Below the pieces are notes generated by a model, which did no database searches, had not been told where the DNA came from, and was given only the letters and a program-made list of their open reading frames with translations. The position numbers were made by a program, and so were the translations under genes. A DNA stretch of 64,000 bases from assembly GCF_009914755.1 (NCBI RefSeq), contig NC_060945.1; one strand, given 5' to 3'. Of this stretch, positions 12,001 to 26,400 are shown piece by piece. How positions within the stretch are numbered: the first letter of the stretch is position 1; each line of letters begins with the position of its first letter. Source of the DNA: the human T2T-CHM13v2.0 reference genome, Homo sapiens.

Positions 12001-14512
12001 GATATAACTCTTCTCTAGGATCTGACCACAGGGTGCTTTGTGGCATTTCCCTGTAATGATCACCCAGGTGATATACCACTTGACAAGGCTCTGCCTACAG
12101 GGGCATTGCAATGTATCTCTGCACTGATCACCTCGGTCTTGTAACTCTTTTCTAGGATCTGCCCATTGGGTGCCTTGTGACGTGTCCCAGCAAGGATTAC
12201 CCAGGTGATTTACCTCTCATTAAGGCTCTGCCTACAAGCACATGGCGATGTATCTCTGCACTGATCACCTAGGTCATGTAACTTTTGTCTAGGCTCTGCC
12301 TACGATGGCATTGTGACATATCTCTGCACTAATCATCCAAGTGATGTAACCCTTGTCTAGGATCTGCCTAAATTAACTTTGTGACATAACCCTGTACTGA
12401 TCATCCAGGTGATGGGGCTTTTGTCTAGGCTCTGCCTAAGGGGGCATTGTGACATATTTCTGCATTGATCACCCAGGTGGCCAACTCTTCTCTTGGATCT
12501 GCCTATGGGGGCATTGTGACAAATCTCTGCACTGATCACCCAGGTGATGTAACTGTTGTGTAACCTCTGCCTACAGGGGAATTGGGAGAGATCTCGCCAC
12601 TGATCACCCAAGTGATGTAACCATTGTCTAGGCTTTGCGTACAGGGGGCTTTGTGACATACCTTTGCACTGTTCACCCAGGTGATGTAACACATCTAAGT
12701 TCGGCCTAAAGGAGCTTTGTGACATATCTGTGCACTGATCACTTAGGTGATGGAACACTTTTATAAGCACTGCCTACAGGGAATTTTGACAAATCTCTGC
12801 ACTGATCACCTAGGTGATGTAACGCTTGTCTACCCTCTGTCCAACGGGGCATTGTGAAATATCTCTGCACTGATCACCCAGGTGATTCAACTCTTGACTA
12901 GGATCTGCATACAGAGGAAATTGTGAAATATCTCTGCACTGATAACCTAGGTGGTGTAATCCTTATCGAAGCTCTGCCTACAGGGGCGTTTTCACATATC
13001 CCTGAAGTGATGACAAAGGTGATGTAACTCTTGCCTAGGCTTTGCCTACAGGGGACATAGGACATATATCTGCACTGATCACCCAGGTGATGCAACTCTA
13101 GCCTAGGCTTTGCCTACAGGGGACATTGTGACATATCGCTTCAATGATCACCCATGTGATGCAACTCTTGCCTAGGCTTTGCTACAGGGGACATTGTGAC
13201 ATATCTCTGCACTGATCTCCCAGGTGGTGTAACATTAGTCTAGACTCTATCTACACGGCATTGTGACATATCACTGCACTGATCAACCAGGTGATATAAC
13301 TCTTGTCTAGGCCCTGCCTACAGGTGGTTTCTGACATATCTCTGCACTGATCACCCAGGTGATATAACTCTTCTCTGGGATCTGCCTACAGGGTGCTTTG
13401 CGACATATCCCTGAAATGATCACCCAGGTGATCTAACTCTTGCTTATGCTCTGCCTAAAGGGGCCTTGTGACAGATATCTGCACTGATCACTCAGGTGAT
13501 GTAACTATTTTCTAGCCTCTGCTTAAAGGGGCCTTGTCACATACCTCTGCACTGATCACCCAGGTGATGTAACTCTTGTCTAGCCTCTGCTTTCATGGCA
13601 TCTTGTGACATATCTATGCGCTGATCACCTTAGTGATGAAACACTTGTGTAGGCTCGGCCTACAGGGGAATATTGACATATCTCTGCACTGTTAACCGAG
13701 GTGATTTAACTCTTCTCTAGGCTGTGCCCACAGGGGGATTGAGACATGTCTCTGCACTGATCCCGAGGTGATCCAACTGTTGCCTGGTCTCTGCCTACTG
13801 GGGACATTGTGACATATCTCTGCACTGATCTCCCAGGTGCTGTAACTTTAGTCTAGGCTCTGGCTACACGACATTGTGACATACCACTGCACTGATCACC
13901 CAGGTGATATAAATCTTTTCTAGGCTCTGCCTACAATGGCCTTGTGACATATCTCTGCACTGATCACCCAGGTGATATATCTCTTCTCTAGGATCTGACC
14001 ACAGGGTGCTTTGTGGCATTTCCCTGCAATGATCACCCAGGTGATATACCACTTGCCAAGGCTCTGCCTACAGGGGCATTGCAATGTATCTCTGCACTGA
14101 TTACCTCGGTCTTGTAAATCTTTTCTAGGATCTGCCCACATGGTGCCTTGTGACTTATCCCAGCAAGGATTACCCAGGTGATGTACCTCTCATCAAGGCT
14201 CTGCCTACAGGCACATTGCGATGTATCTCTGCACTGATCACCTAGGTCATGTAACTTTGTCTAGGCTCTGCCTACGATGGCATTGTGACATATCTCTGCA
14301 CTAATCATCCAAGTGATGTAACCCTTGTCTAGGATCTGCCTAAATTAACTTTGTGACATAACCCTGTACTGATCATCCAGGTGATGGGGCTTTTGTCTAG
14401 GCTGTGCCTAAGGGGGCATTGTGACATATTTCTGCATTGATCACCCAGGTGGCGAACTCTTCTCTTGGATCTGCCTATGGGGGCATTGTGACAAATCTCT
14501 GCACTGATCACC
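1..14512. repeat. Sub-array (domain A): HOR haplotype with M23 ATCTGTGCAC allele
   Basis: The G allele is present at 888, 2862, 4835, 6809, 8782, 10756 and 12730 (ORF track 'QCTDM'). All units from 16.4 kb onward lack it (mostly 'QCRDM'). Confidence 0.85.
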
Positions 14513-14965
14513 TAGGTGATGGAACACTTTTATAAGCACTGCCTACAGGGAATTTTGACAAATCTCTGCACTGATCACCTAGGTGATGTAACGCTTGTCT
14601 ACCCTCTGTCCAACGGGGCATTGTGAAATATCTCTGCACTGATCACCCAGGTGACTCAACTCTTGACTAAGATCTGCCTACAGAGGTTATTGTGAAATAT
14701 CTCTACACTGATAAACTAGTTGGTGTATTCCTTATCGAAGCTCTGCCTACAGGGGCGTTTTCACATATCCCTGAAGTGATGACAAAGGTGATGTAACCCT
14801 TGCCTAGGCTTTGCCTACAGGGGACATAGGACATATATCTGCACTGATCACCCAGGTGATGCAACTCTAGCCTAGGCTTTGCCTACAGGGGACATTGTGA
14901 CATATCGCTTCAATGATCACCCATGTGATGCAACTCTTGCCTAGGCTTTGCCTACAGGGGACATT
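13196..14965. repeat. Variant HOR unit: 26-mer (1,770 bp), 203-bp deletion fusing M20 to M23
   Basis: At 14491-14540 the M20 left half (ACAAATCTCTGCACTGATCACC) runs directly into the M23 right half (TAGGTGATGGAACACTTTTATAAG). 203 bp = 68+69+66. A further 1-bp deletion lies near 14258. Confidence 0.93.
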
Positions 14966-17900
14966 GTGACATATCTCTGCACTGATCTCCCAGGTGCTGT
15001 AACATTAGTCTAGACTCTGGCTACACGGCATTGTGACATATCACTGCACTGATCAACCAGGTGATATAACTCTTGTCTAGGCCCTGCCTACAGGGGGCTT
15101 GTGACATATCCCTGCACTGATCACCCAGGTGATATAACTCTTCTCTAGGGTCTGCCTACAGGGTGCTTTGCGACATATCCCTGCAATGATCACCCAGGTG
15201 ATCTAACTCTTGTTTAAGCTCTGCCTAAAGGGGCCTTGTGACAGATCTCTGCACTGATCACTCAGGTAATGTAACTATTGTCTAGGCTCTGCTTAAAGGG
15301 GCCTTGTCACATACCTCTGCACTGATCACCCAGGTGATGTAACTCTTGTCTAGCCTCTGCTTTTACGGGATATTGTGACATATCTATGCGCTGATCACCT
15401 TAGTGATGTAACACTTGTGTAGGCTCGGCCTACAGGGGAATATTGACATATCTCTGCATTGTTAACCGAGGTGATTTAACTCTTGTCTAGGCTGTGCCCA
15501 GAGGGGGATTGAGACATGTCTCTGCACAGATCCCGAGGTGATCCAACTGTTGCCTGGTCTCTGCCTACTGGGGACATTGTGACATATCTCTGCACTGATC
15601 TCCCAGGTGCTGTAACTTTAGTCTAGGCTCTGGTTACACGGCATTGTGACATATCACTGCACTCATCACCCAGGTGATATAAATCTTGTCTAGGCTCTGC
15701 CTACAATGGCCTTGTGACATATCTCTGCACTGATCACCCAGGTGATATAACTCTTCTCTAGGATCTGACCACAGGGTGCTTTGTGGCATTTCCCTGCAAT
15801 GATCACCCAGGTGATATACCACTTGCCAAGGCTCTGCCTACAGGGGCATTGCAATGTATCTCTGCACTGATCACCTCGGTCTTGTAACTCTTTTCTAGGA
15901 TCTGCCCACAGGGTGCCTTGTGACGTATCCCAGCAAGGATTACCCAGGTGATGTACCTCTCATCAAGGCTCTGCCTACAGGCACATGGCGATGTATCTCT
16001 TCACTGATCACCTAGGTCATGTAACTTTTGTCTAGGCTCTGCCTACGATGGCATTGTGACATATCTCTGCACTAATCATCCAAGTGATGTAACCCTTGTC
16101 TAGGATCTGCCTAAATTAACTTTGTGACATAAACCTGTACTGATCATCCAGGTGATGGGGCTTTTGTCTAGGCTCTGCCTAAGGGGACATTGTGACATAT
16201 TTCTGCATTGATCACCCAGTTGCGAACTCTTCTCTTGGATCTGCCTATGGGGGCATTGTGACAAATCTCTGCACTGATCACCCAGGTGATGTAACTGTTG
16301 TGTAACCTCTGCCTACAGGGGAATTGTGAGAGATCTCGCCACTGATCACCCAAGTGATGTAACCATTGTCTAGGCTTTGCGTACAGGGGGCTTTGTGACA
16401 TACCTTTGCACTGATCACCCAGGTGATGTAACACATCTAAGTTCGGCCTAAAGGAGCTTTGTGACATATCTCTGCACTGATCACTTAGGTGATGGAACAC
16501 TTTTATCGGCACTGCCTACAGGGAATTTTGACAAATCTCTGCACTGATCACCTAGGTGATGTACTTGTCTACCCTCTGTCCAACGGGGCATTGTGAAATA
16601 TCTCTGCACTGATCACCCAGGTGATTCAACTCTTGACTAGGATCTGCCTACAGAGGTTATTGTGAAATATCTCTGCAATGATAAACTAGTTGGTGTAATC
16701 CTTATCGAAGCTCTGCCTACAGGGGCGTTTTCAGATATCCCTGAAGTGATGACAAAGGTGATGTAACTCTTGCCTAGGCTTTGCCTACAGGGGACACAGG
16801 ACATATATCTGCACTGATCACCCAGGTGTTGCAACTCTGGCCTAGGCTTTGCCTACAGGGGACATTTTGAGATATGGCTTCAATGATCACCCATGTGATG
16901 CAACTCTTGCCTAGGCTTTGCCTCCAGGGGACATTGTGACATATCTCTGAACTGATCTCCCAGGTGCTGTAACATTAGTCTAGACTCTGGCTACACGGCA
17001 TTATGACATATCACTGCACTGATCAACCAGGTGATATAACTCTTGTCTAGGCCCTGCCTACAGGGGGCTTGTGACATATCCCTGCACTGATCACGCAGGT
17101 GATATAACTCTTCTCTAGGATCTGCCTACAGGGTGCTTTGCGACATATCCCTGCAATGATCACCCAGGTGATCTAACTCTTGTTTAAGCTCTGCCTAAAG
17201 GGGCCTTGTGACAGATCTCTGCACTGATCACTCAGGTGACGTAACTATTGTCTAGGCTCTGCTTAAAGGGGCCTTGTCACATACCTCTGCAATGATCACC
17301 CAGGTGATGTAACTCTTGTCTAGCCTCTGCTTTCACGGCATATTGTGACATATCTATCCGCTGATCACCTTAGTGATGTAACACTTGTGTAAACTCGGCC
17401 TACAGGGGAATATTGACATATCTCTGCACTGTTAACCGAGGTGATTTAACTCTTGTCTAGGGTGTGCCCACAGGGGGATTGAGACATATCTCTGCACTGA
17501 TCCCGAGGTGATCCAACTGTTGCCTGGTCTCTGCCTACTGGGGACATTGTGACATATCTCTGCACTGATCTCCCAGGTGCTGTAACTTTAGTCTAGGCTC
17601 TGGTTACACGGCATTGTGACATATCACTGCACTCATCACCCAGGTGATATAAATCTTGTCTAGGCTCTGCCTACAATGGCCTTGTGACATATCTCTGCAC
17701 TGATCACCCAGGTGATATAACTCTTCTCTAGGATCTGACCACAGGGTGCTTTGTGGCATTTCCCTGCAATGATCACCCAGGTGATATACCACTTGCCAAG
17801 GCTCTGCCTACAGGGGCATTGCAATGTATCTCTGCACTGATCACCTCGGTCTTGTAACTCTTTTCTAGGATCTGCCCACAGGGTGCCTTGTGACGTATCC

Positions 17901-20449
17901 CAGCAAGGATTACCCAGGTGATGTACCTCTCATCAAGGCTCTGCCTACAGGCACATTGCGATGTATCTCTGCACTGATAAACTAGGTCATGTAACTTTTG
18001 TCTAGGCTCTGCCTACGATGGCATTGTGACATATCTCTGCACTAATCATCCAAGTGATGTAACCCTTGTCTAGGATCTGCCTAAATTAACTTTGTGACAT
18101 AACCCTGTACTGATCATCCAGGTGATGGGGCTTTTGTCTAGGCTCTGCCTAAGGGGGCATTGTGACATATTTCTGCATTGATCACCCAGGTGGCGAACTC
18201 TTCTCTTGGATCTGCCTATGGGGGCATTGTGACAAATCTCTGCACTGATCACCCAGGTGATGTAACTGTTGTGTAACCTCTGCCTACAGGGGAATTGTGA
18301 GAGATCTCGCCACTGATCACCCAATTGATGTAACCATTGTCTAGGCTTTGCGTACAGGGTGCTTTGTGACATACATTTGCACTGATCAGTCAGGTGATGT
18401 AACACATCTAAGTTCGGCCTAAAGGAGCTTTGTGACATATCTCTACACTGATCACTTAGGTGATGGAACACTTTTATAAGCACTGCCTACAGGGAATTTT
18501 GACAAATCTCTGCACTGATCACCTAGATGATGTAACGCTTGTCTACCCTCTGTCCAACGGGACATTGTGAAATATCTCTGCACTGATCACCCAGGTGATT
18601 CAACTCTTGACTAGGATCTGCCTACAGAGGTTATTGTGAAATATCTCTGCACTGATAAACTAGGTGGTGTAATCCTTATCGAAGCTCTGCCTACAGGGGC
18701 GTTTTCACATATCCCTGAAGTGATGACAAAGGTGATGTAACTCTTGCCTAGGCTTTGCCTACAGGGGACATAGGACATATATCTGCACTGATCACCCAGG
18801 TGATGCAACTCTAGCCTAGGCTTTGCCTACAGGGGACATTGTGACATATCGCTTCAATGATCACCCATGTGATGCAACTCTTGCCTAGGCTTTGCCTACA
18901 GGGGACATTGTGACATATCTCTGCACTGATCTCCCAGGTGCTGTAACATTAGTCTAGACTCTGGCTACACGGCATTGTGACATATCACTGCACTGATCAA
19001 CCAGGTGATATAACTCTTGTCTAGGCCCTGCCTACAGGGGGCTTGTGACATATCTCTGCACTGATCACCCAGGTGATATAACTCTTCTCTAGGATCTGCC
19101 TACAGGGTGCTTTGCGACATATCCCTGCAATGATCACCCAGGTGATCTAACTCTTGTTTAAGCTCTGCCTAAAGGGGCCTTGTGACAGATCTCTGCACTG
19201 ATCACTCAGGTGATGTAACTATTGTCCAGGCTCTGCTTAAAGGGGACTTGCCACATACCTCTGCACTGATCACCCAGGTGATGTAACTCTTGTCTAGCCT
19301 CTGCTTTCACGGCATATTGTGATATATCCATGCGCTGATCACCTTAGTGATGTAACACTTCTGTAGGCTCGGCCTACAGGGGAATATTGACATATCTCTG
19401 CACTGCTAACCGAGGTGATTTAACTCTTGTCTATGCTGTGCCCACAGGGGGATTGAGACATGTCTCTGCACTGATCCCGAGGTGATCCAACTGTTGCCTG
19501 GTCTCTGCCTACTGGGGACATTGTGACATATCTCTGCACTGATCTCCCAGGTGCTGTAACTTTCGTCTAGGCTCTGGCTACACGGCATTGTTACATATCA
19601 CTGCACTGATCACCCAGGTGATATAAATCTTGTCTAGGCTCTGCCTAAAATGGCCTTGTGATATATCTCTGCACTGATCACCCAGGTGATATAACTCTTC
19701 TCTAGGATCTGACCACAGGGTGCTTTGTAGCATTTCCCTGCAATGATCACCCAGGTGATATACCACTTGCCAAGGCTCTGCCTACAGGGGCATTGCAATG
19801 TATCTCTGCACTGATCACCTCGGTCTTGTAACTCTTTTCTAGGATCTGCCCACAGGGTGCCTTGTGACGTATCCCAGCAAGGATTACCCAGGTGATGTAC
19901 CTCTCATCAAGGCTCTGCCTACAGACACATTGCGATGTATCTCTGCACTGATCACCTAGGTCATGTAACTTTTGTCTAGGCTCTGCCTACGATGGCATTG
20001 TGACATATCTCTGCACTAATCATCCAAGTGATGTAACCCTTGTCTAGGATCTGCCTAAATTAACTTTGTGACATAACCCTGTACTGATCATCCAGGTGAT
20101 GGGGCTTTTGTCTAGGCTCTGCCTAAGGGGGCATTGTGACATATTTCTGCATTGATCACCCAGGTGGCGAACTCTTCTCTTGGATCTGCCTATGGGGGCA
20201 TTGTGACAAATCTCTGCACTGATCACCCAGGTGATGTAACTGTTGTGTAACCTCTGCCTACAGGGGAATTGTGAGAGATCTCGCCACTGATCACCCAAGT
20301 GATGGAACCATTGTCTAGGCTTTGCGTACAGGGGGCTTTGTGACATACCTTTGCACTGATCACCCAGGTGATGTAACACATCTAAGTTCGGCCTAAAGGA
20401 GCTTTGTGACATATCTCTGCACTGATCACTTAGGTGATGGAACACTTTT

Positions 20450-23400
20450 ATGAGCACTGCCTACAGGGAATTTTGACAAATCTCTGCACTGATCACCTAG
20501 GTGATGTAACGCTTGTCTACCCTCTGTCCAACGGGGCATTGTGAAATATCTCTGCACTGATCACCCAGGTCATTCAACTCTTGACTAGGATCTGCCTACA
20601 GAGGTTATTGTGAAATATCTCTGCACTGATAAACTAGGTGGTGTAATCCTTATCGAAGCTCTGCCTACAGGGGCGTTTTCACATATCCCTGAAGTGATGA
20701 CTAAGGTGATGTAACCCTTGCCTAGGCTTTGCCTACAGGGGACATAGGACATATATCTGCACTGATCACCCAGGTGATGCGACTCTAGCCTAGGCTTTGC
20801 CTACAGGTTACATTGTGACATATCGCTTCAATGATCACCCATGTGATGCAACTCTTGCCTAGGCTTTGCCTACAGGGGACATTGTGACATATCTCTGCAC
20901 TGATTTCCCAGGTGCTGTAACATTATTCTAGACTCTGGCTACACGGCATTGTGAGATATCACTGCACTGATCAGCCAGGTGATATAACACTTGTCTAGGC
21001 CCTGCCTACAGGGGGCTTGTGACATATCTCTGCACTGATCACCCAGGTGATATAACTCTTCTCTAGGATCTGCCTACAGGGTGCATTGCGACATATCCCT
21101 GCAATGATCACCCAGGTGATCTAACTCTTGTTTAAGCTCTGCCTAAAGGGGCATTGTGACAGACCTCTGCACTGATCACTCAGGTGATGTAACTATTGTC
21201 TAGGCTCTGCTTAAAGGGGCCTTGTCACATACCTCTGCACTGATCACCCAGGTGATGTAACTCTTGTCTAGCCTCTGCTTTCACGGCATATTGTGACATA
21301 TCCATGCGCTGATCACCTTAGTGATGTAACACTTGTGTAGGCTCGGCCTACAGGGGAATATTGACATATCTCTGCACTGTTAACCGAGGTGATTTAACTC
21401 TTGTCTAGGCTGTGCCCACAGGGGGATTGAGACATGTCTCTGCACTGATCCCGAGGTGATCCAACTGTTGCCTGGTCTCTGCCTCCTGGGGACATTGTGA
21501 CATATCTCTGCACTGATCTCCCAGGTGCTGTAACTTTAGTCTAGGCTCTGGCTACACGGCATTGTGACATATCACTGCACTGATCACCCAGGTGATATAA
21601 AACTTGTCTAGGCTCTGCCTACAATGGCCTTGTGACATATCTCTGCAGTGATCACCCAGGTGATATAACTCTTCTCTAGGATCTGACCACAGGGTGCTTT
21701 GTGGCATTTCCCTGCAATGATCACCCAGGTGATATACCACTTGCCAAGGCTCTGCCTACAGTGGCATTGCAATGTATCTCTGCACTGATCATCTCGGTCT
21801 TGTAACTCTTTTCTAGGATCTGCCAACAGGGTGCCTTTTGACGTATCCCAGCAAGGATTACCCAGGTGATGTACCTCTCATCAAGGCTCTGCCTACAGGC
21901 ACATTGCGATGTATCTCTGCACTGATCACCTAGGTCATGTAACTTTTGTCTAGGCTCTGCCTACGATGGCATTGTGACATATCTCTGCACTAATCATCCA
22001 AGTGATGTAACCCTTGTCTAGGATCTGCCTAAATTAACTTTGTGACATATCCCTGTACTGATCATCCAGGTGATGGGGCTTTTGTCTAGGCTCTGCCTAA
22101 GGGGGCATTGTGACATATTTCTGCATTGATCACCCAGGTGGCGAACTATTCTCTTGGATCTGCCTATGGGGGCATTGTGACAAATTTCTGCACTGATCAC
22201 CCAGGTGATGTAACTGTTGTGTAACCTCTGCCTACAGGGGAATTGTGAGAGATCTCGCCACTGATCACCCAAGTGATGTAACCATTGTCTAGGGTTTGCG
22301 TACAGGGTGCTTTGTGACATACCTTTGCACTGATCACCCAGGTGATGTAACACATCTAAGTTCGGCCTAAAGGAGCTTTGTGACATATCTCTGCACTGAT
22401 CACTTAAGTGATGGAACACTTTTATAAGCACTGCCTACAGGGAATTTTGACAAATCTCTGCACTGATCACCTAGGTGATGTAACGCTTGTCTACCCTCTG
22501 TCCAACGGGGCATTGTGAAATATCTCTGCACTGATCACACAGGTCATTCAACTCTTGACTAGGATCTGCCTACAGGGGTTATTGTGAAATATCTCTGCAC
22601 TGATAAACTAGGTGGTGTAATCCTTATCGAAGCTCTGCCTACAGGGGCGTCTTCACATATCCCTGAAGTGATGACAAAGGTGATGTAACCCTTGCCTAGG
22701 CTTTGCCTACAGGGGACATAGGACATATATCTGCACTGATCACCCAGGTGATGCAACTCTAGCCTAGGCTTTGCCTACAGGGGACATTGTGACATATCGA
22801 TTCAATGATCACCCATGTGATGCAACTCTTGCCTAGGCTTTGCCTACAGGGGACATTGTGACATATCTCTGCACTGATCTCCCAGGTGCTGTAACATTAG
22901 TCTAGACTCTGGCTACACGGCATTGTGACAAATCACTGCACTGATCAACCAGGTGATATAACTCTTGTCTAGGCCCTGCCTACAGGGGGCTTGTTACATA
23001 TCTCTGCACTGATCACCCAGGTGATATAACTCTTCTCTAGGATCTGCCTACAGGGTGCTTTGCGACATATCCCTGCAATGATCACCCAGGTGATCTAACT
23101 CTTGTTTAAGCTCTGCCTAAAGGGGCATTGTGACAGACCTCTGCACTGATCACTCAGGTGATGTAACTATTGTCTAGGCTCTGCTTAAAGGGGCCTTGTC
23201 ACATACCTCTGCACTGATCACCCAGGTGATGTAACTCTTGTCTAGACTCTGCTTTCACGGCATATTTTGACATATCTATGCGTTGATCACCTTAGTGATG
23301 TAACACTTGTGTAGGCTCGGCCTACAGGGGAATATTGACATATCTCTGCACTGTAAACCGAGGTGATTTAACTCTTGTCTAGGCTGTGCCCACAGGGGGA

Positions 23401-26400
23401 TTGAGACATGTCTCTGCACTGATCCCGAGGTGATCCAACTGTTGCCTGGTCTCTGCCTACTGGGGACATTGTGACATATCTCTGCACTGATCTCCCAGGT
23501 GCTGTAACTTTAGTCTAGGCTCTGGCTACACGGCATTGTGACATATCACTGCACTGATCACCCAGGTGATATAAATCTTGTCTAGGCTCTACCTACAATG
23601 GCCTTGTGACATATCTCTGCACTTATCACCCAGGTGATATAACTCTTCTCTAGGATCTGACCACAGGGTGCTTTGTGGCATTTCCCTGCAATGATCACCC
23701 AGGTGATATACCACTTGCCAAGGCTCTGCCTACAGGGGCATTGCAATGTATCTCTGCACTGATCACCTCGGTCTTGTGACTCTTTTCTAGGATCTGCCCA
23801 CAGGGTGCCTTGTGACGTATCCCAGCAAGGATTACCCAGGTGATGTACCTCTCATCAAGGCTCTGCTTACAGGCACATTGCGATGTATCTCTGTACTGAT
23901 CACCTAGGTCATGTAACTTTTGTCTAGGCTCTGCCTACGATGGCATTGTGACATATCTCTGCACTAATCATCCAAGTGATGTAACCCTTGTCTAGGATCT
24001 GCCTAAATTAACTTTGTGACATAACCCTGTACTGATCATCCAGGTGATGGGGCTTTTGTCTAGGCTCTGCCTAAGGGGGCATTGTGACATATTTCTGCAT
24101 TGATCACCCCGGTGGCGAACTCTTCTCTTCGATCTGCCTATGGGGGCATTGTGACAAATCTCTGCACTCATCACCCAGGTGATGTAACTGTTGTGTAACC
24201 TCTGCCTACAGGGGAATTGTGAGAGATCTCGCCACTGATCACCCAAGTGATGTAACCATTGTCTAGGCTTTGCGTACAGGGGGCTTTGTGACATACCTTT
24301 GCACTGATCACCCAGGTGATGTAACACATCTAAGTTCGGCCTAAAGGAGCTTTGTGACATATCTCTGCACTGATCACTTAGGTGATGGAACACTTTTATG
24401 AGCACTGCCTACAGGGAATTTTGACAAATCTCTGTACTGATCACCTAGGTGATGTAACGCTTGTCTACCCTCTGTCCAACGGGGCATTGTGAAATATCTC
24501 TGCACTGATCACCCAGGTCATTCAACTCTTGACTAGGATCTGCCTACAGAGGTTATTGTGAAATATCTCTGCACTGATAAACTAGGTGGTGTAATCCTTA
24601 TCGAAGCTCTGCCTACAGGGGCGTTTTCACATATCCCTGAAGTGATGACAAAGGTGATGTAACCCTTGCCTAGGCTTTGCCTACAGGGGACATAGGACAT
24701 ATATCTGCACTGATCACCCAGGTGATGCGACTCTAGCCTAGGCTTTGCCTACAGGTTACATTGTGACATATCGCTTCAATGATCACCCATGTGATGCAAC
24801 TCTTGCCTAGGCTTTGCCTACAGGGGACATTGTGACATATCTCTGCACTGATTTCCCAGGTGCTGTAACATTATTCTAGACTCTGGCTACACGGCATTGT
24901 GAGATATCACTGCACTGATCAACCAGGTGATATAACACTTGTCTAGGCCCTGCCTACAGGGGGCTTGTGACATATCTCTGCACTGATCACCCAGGTGATA
25001 TAACTCTTCTCTAGGATCTGCCTACAGGGTGCATTGCGACATATCCCTGCAATGATCACCCAGGTGATCTAACTCTTGTTTAAGCTCTGCCTAAAGGGGC
25101 ATTGTGACAGACCTCTGCACTGATCACTCAGGTGATGTAACTATTGTCTAGGCTCTGCTTAAAGGGGCCTTGTCACATACCTCTGCACTGATCACCCAGG
25201 TGATGTAACTCTTGTCTAGCCTCTGCTTTCACGGCATATTGTGACATATCCATGCGCTGATCACCTTAGTGATGTAACACTTGTGTAGGCTCGGCCTACA
25301 GGGGAATATTGACATATCTCTGCACTGTTAAACGAGGTGATTTAACTCTTGTCTAGGCTGTGCCCACAGGGGGATTGAGACATGTCTCTGCACTGATCCC
25401 GAGGTGATCCAACTGTTGCCTGGTCTCTGCCTCCTGGGGACATTGTGACATATCTCTGCACTGATCTCCCAGGTGCTGTAACTTTAGTCTAGGCTCTGGC
25501 TACACGGCATTGTGACATATCACTGCACTGATCACCCAGGTGATATAAATCTTGTCTAGGCTCTGCCTACAATGGCCTTGTGACATATCTCTGCAGTGAT
25601 CACCCAGGTGATATAACTCTTCTCTAGGATCTGACCACAGGGTGCTTTGTGGCATTTCCCTGCAATGATCACCCAGGTGATATACCACTTGCCAAGGCTC
25701 TGCCTACAGGGGCATTGCAATGTATCTCTGCACTGATCATCTCGGTCTTGTAACTCTTTTCTAGGATCTGCCCACAGGGTGCCTTGTGACGTATCCCAGC
25801 AAGGATTACCCAGGTGATGTACCTCTCATCAAGGCTCTGCCTACAGGCACATTGCGATGTATCTCTGCACTGATCACCTAGGTCATGTAACTTTTGTCTA
25901 GGCTCTGCCTACGATGGCATTGTGACATATCTCTGCACTAATCATCCAAGTGATGTAACACTTGTCTAGGATCTGCCTAAATTAACTTTGTGACATAACC
26001 CTGTACTGATCATCCAGGTGATGGGGCTTTTGTCTAGGCTCTGCCTAAGGGGGCATTGTGACATATTTCTGCATTGATCACCCAGGTGGCGAACTCTTCT
26101 CTTCGATCTGCCTATGGGGGCATTGTGGCAAATCTCTGCACTGATCACCCAGGTGATGTAACTGTTGTGTAACCTCTGCCTACAGGGGAATTGTGAGAGA
26201 TCTCGCCACTGATCACCCAAGTGATGTAACCATTGTCTAGGCTTTGCGTACAGGGTGCTTTGTGACATACCTTTGCACTGATCACCCAGGTGATGTAACA
26301 CATCTAAGTTCGGCCTAAAGGAGCTTTGTGACATATCTCTGCACTGATCACTTAGGTGATGGAACACTTTTATGAGCACTGCCTACAGGGAATTTTGACA

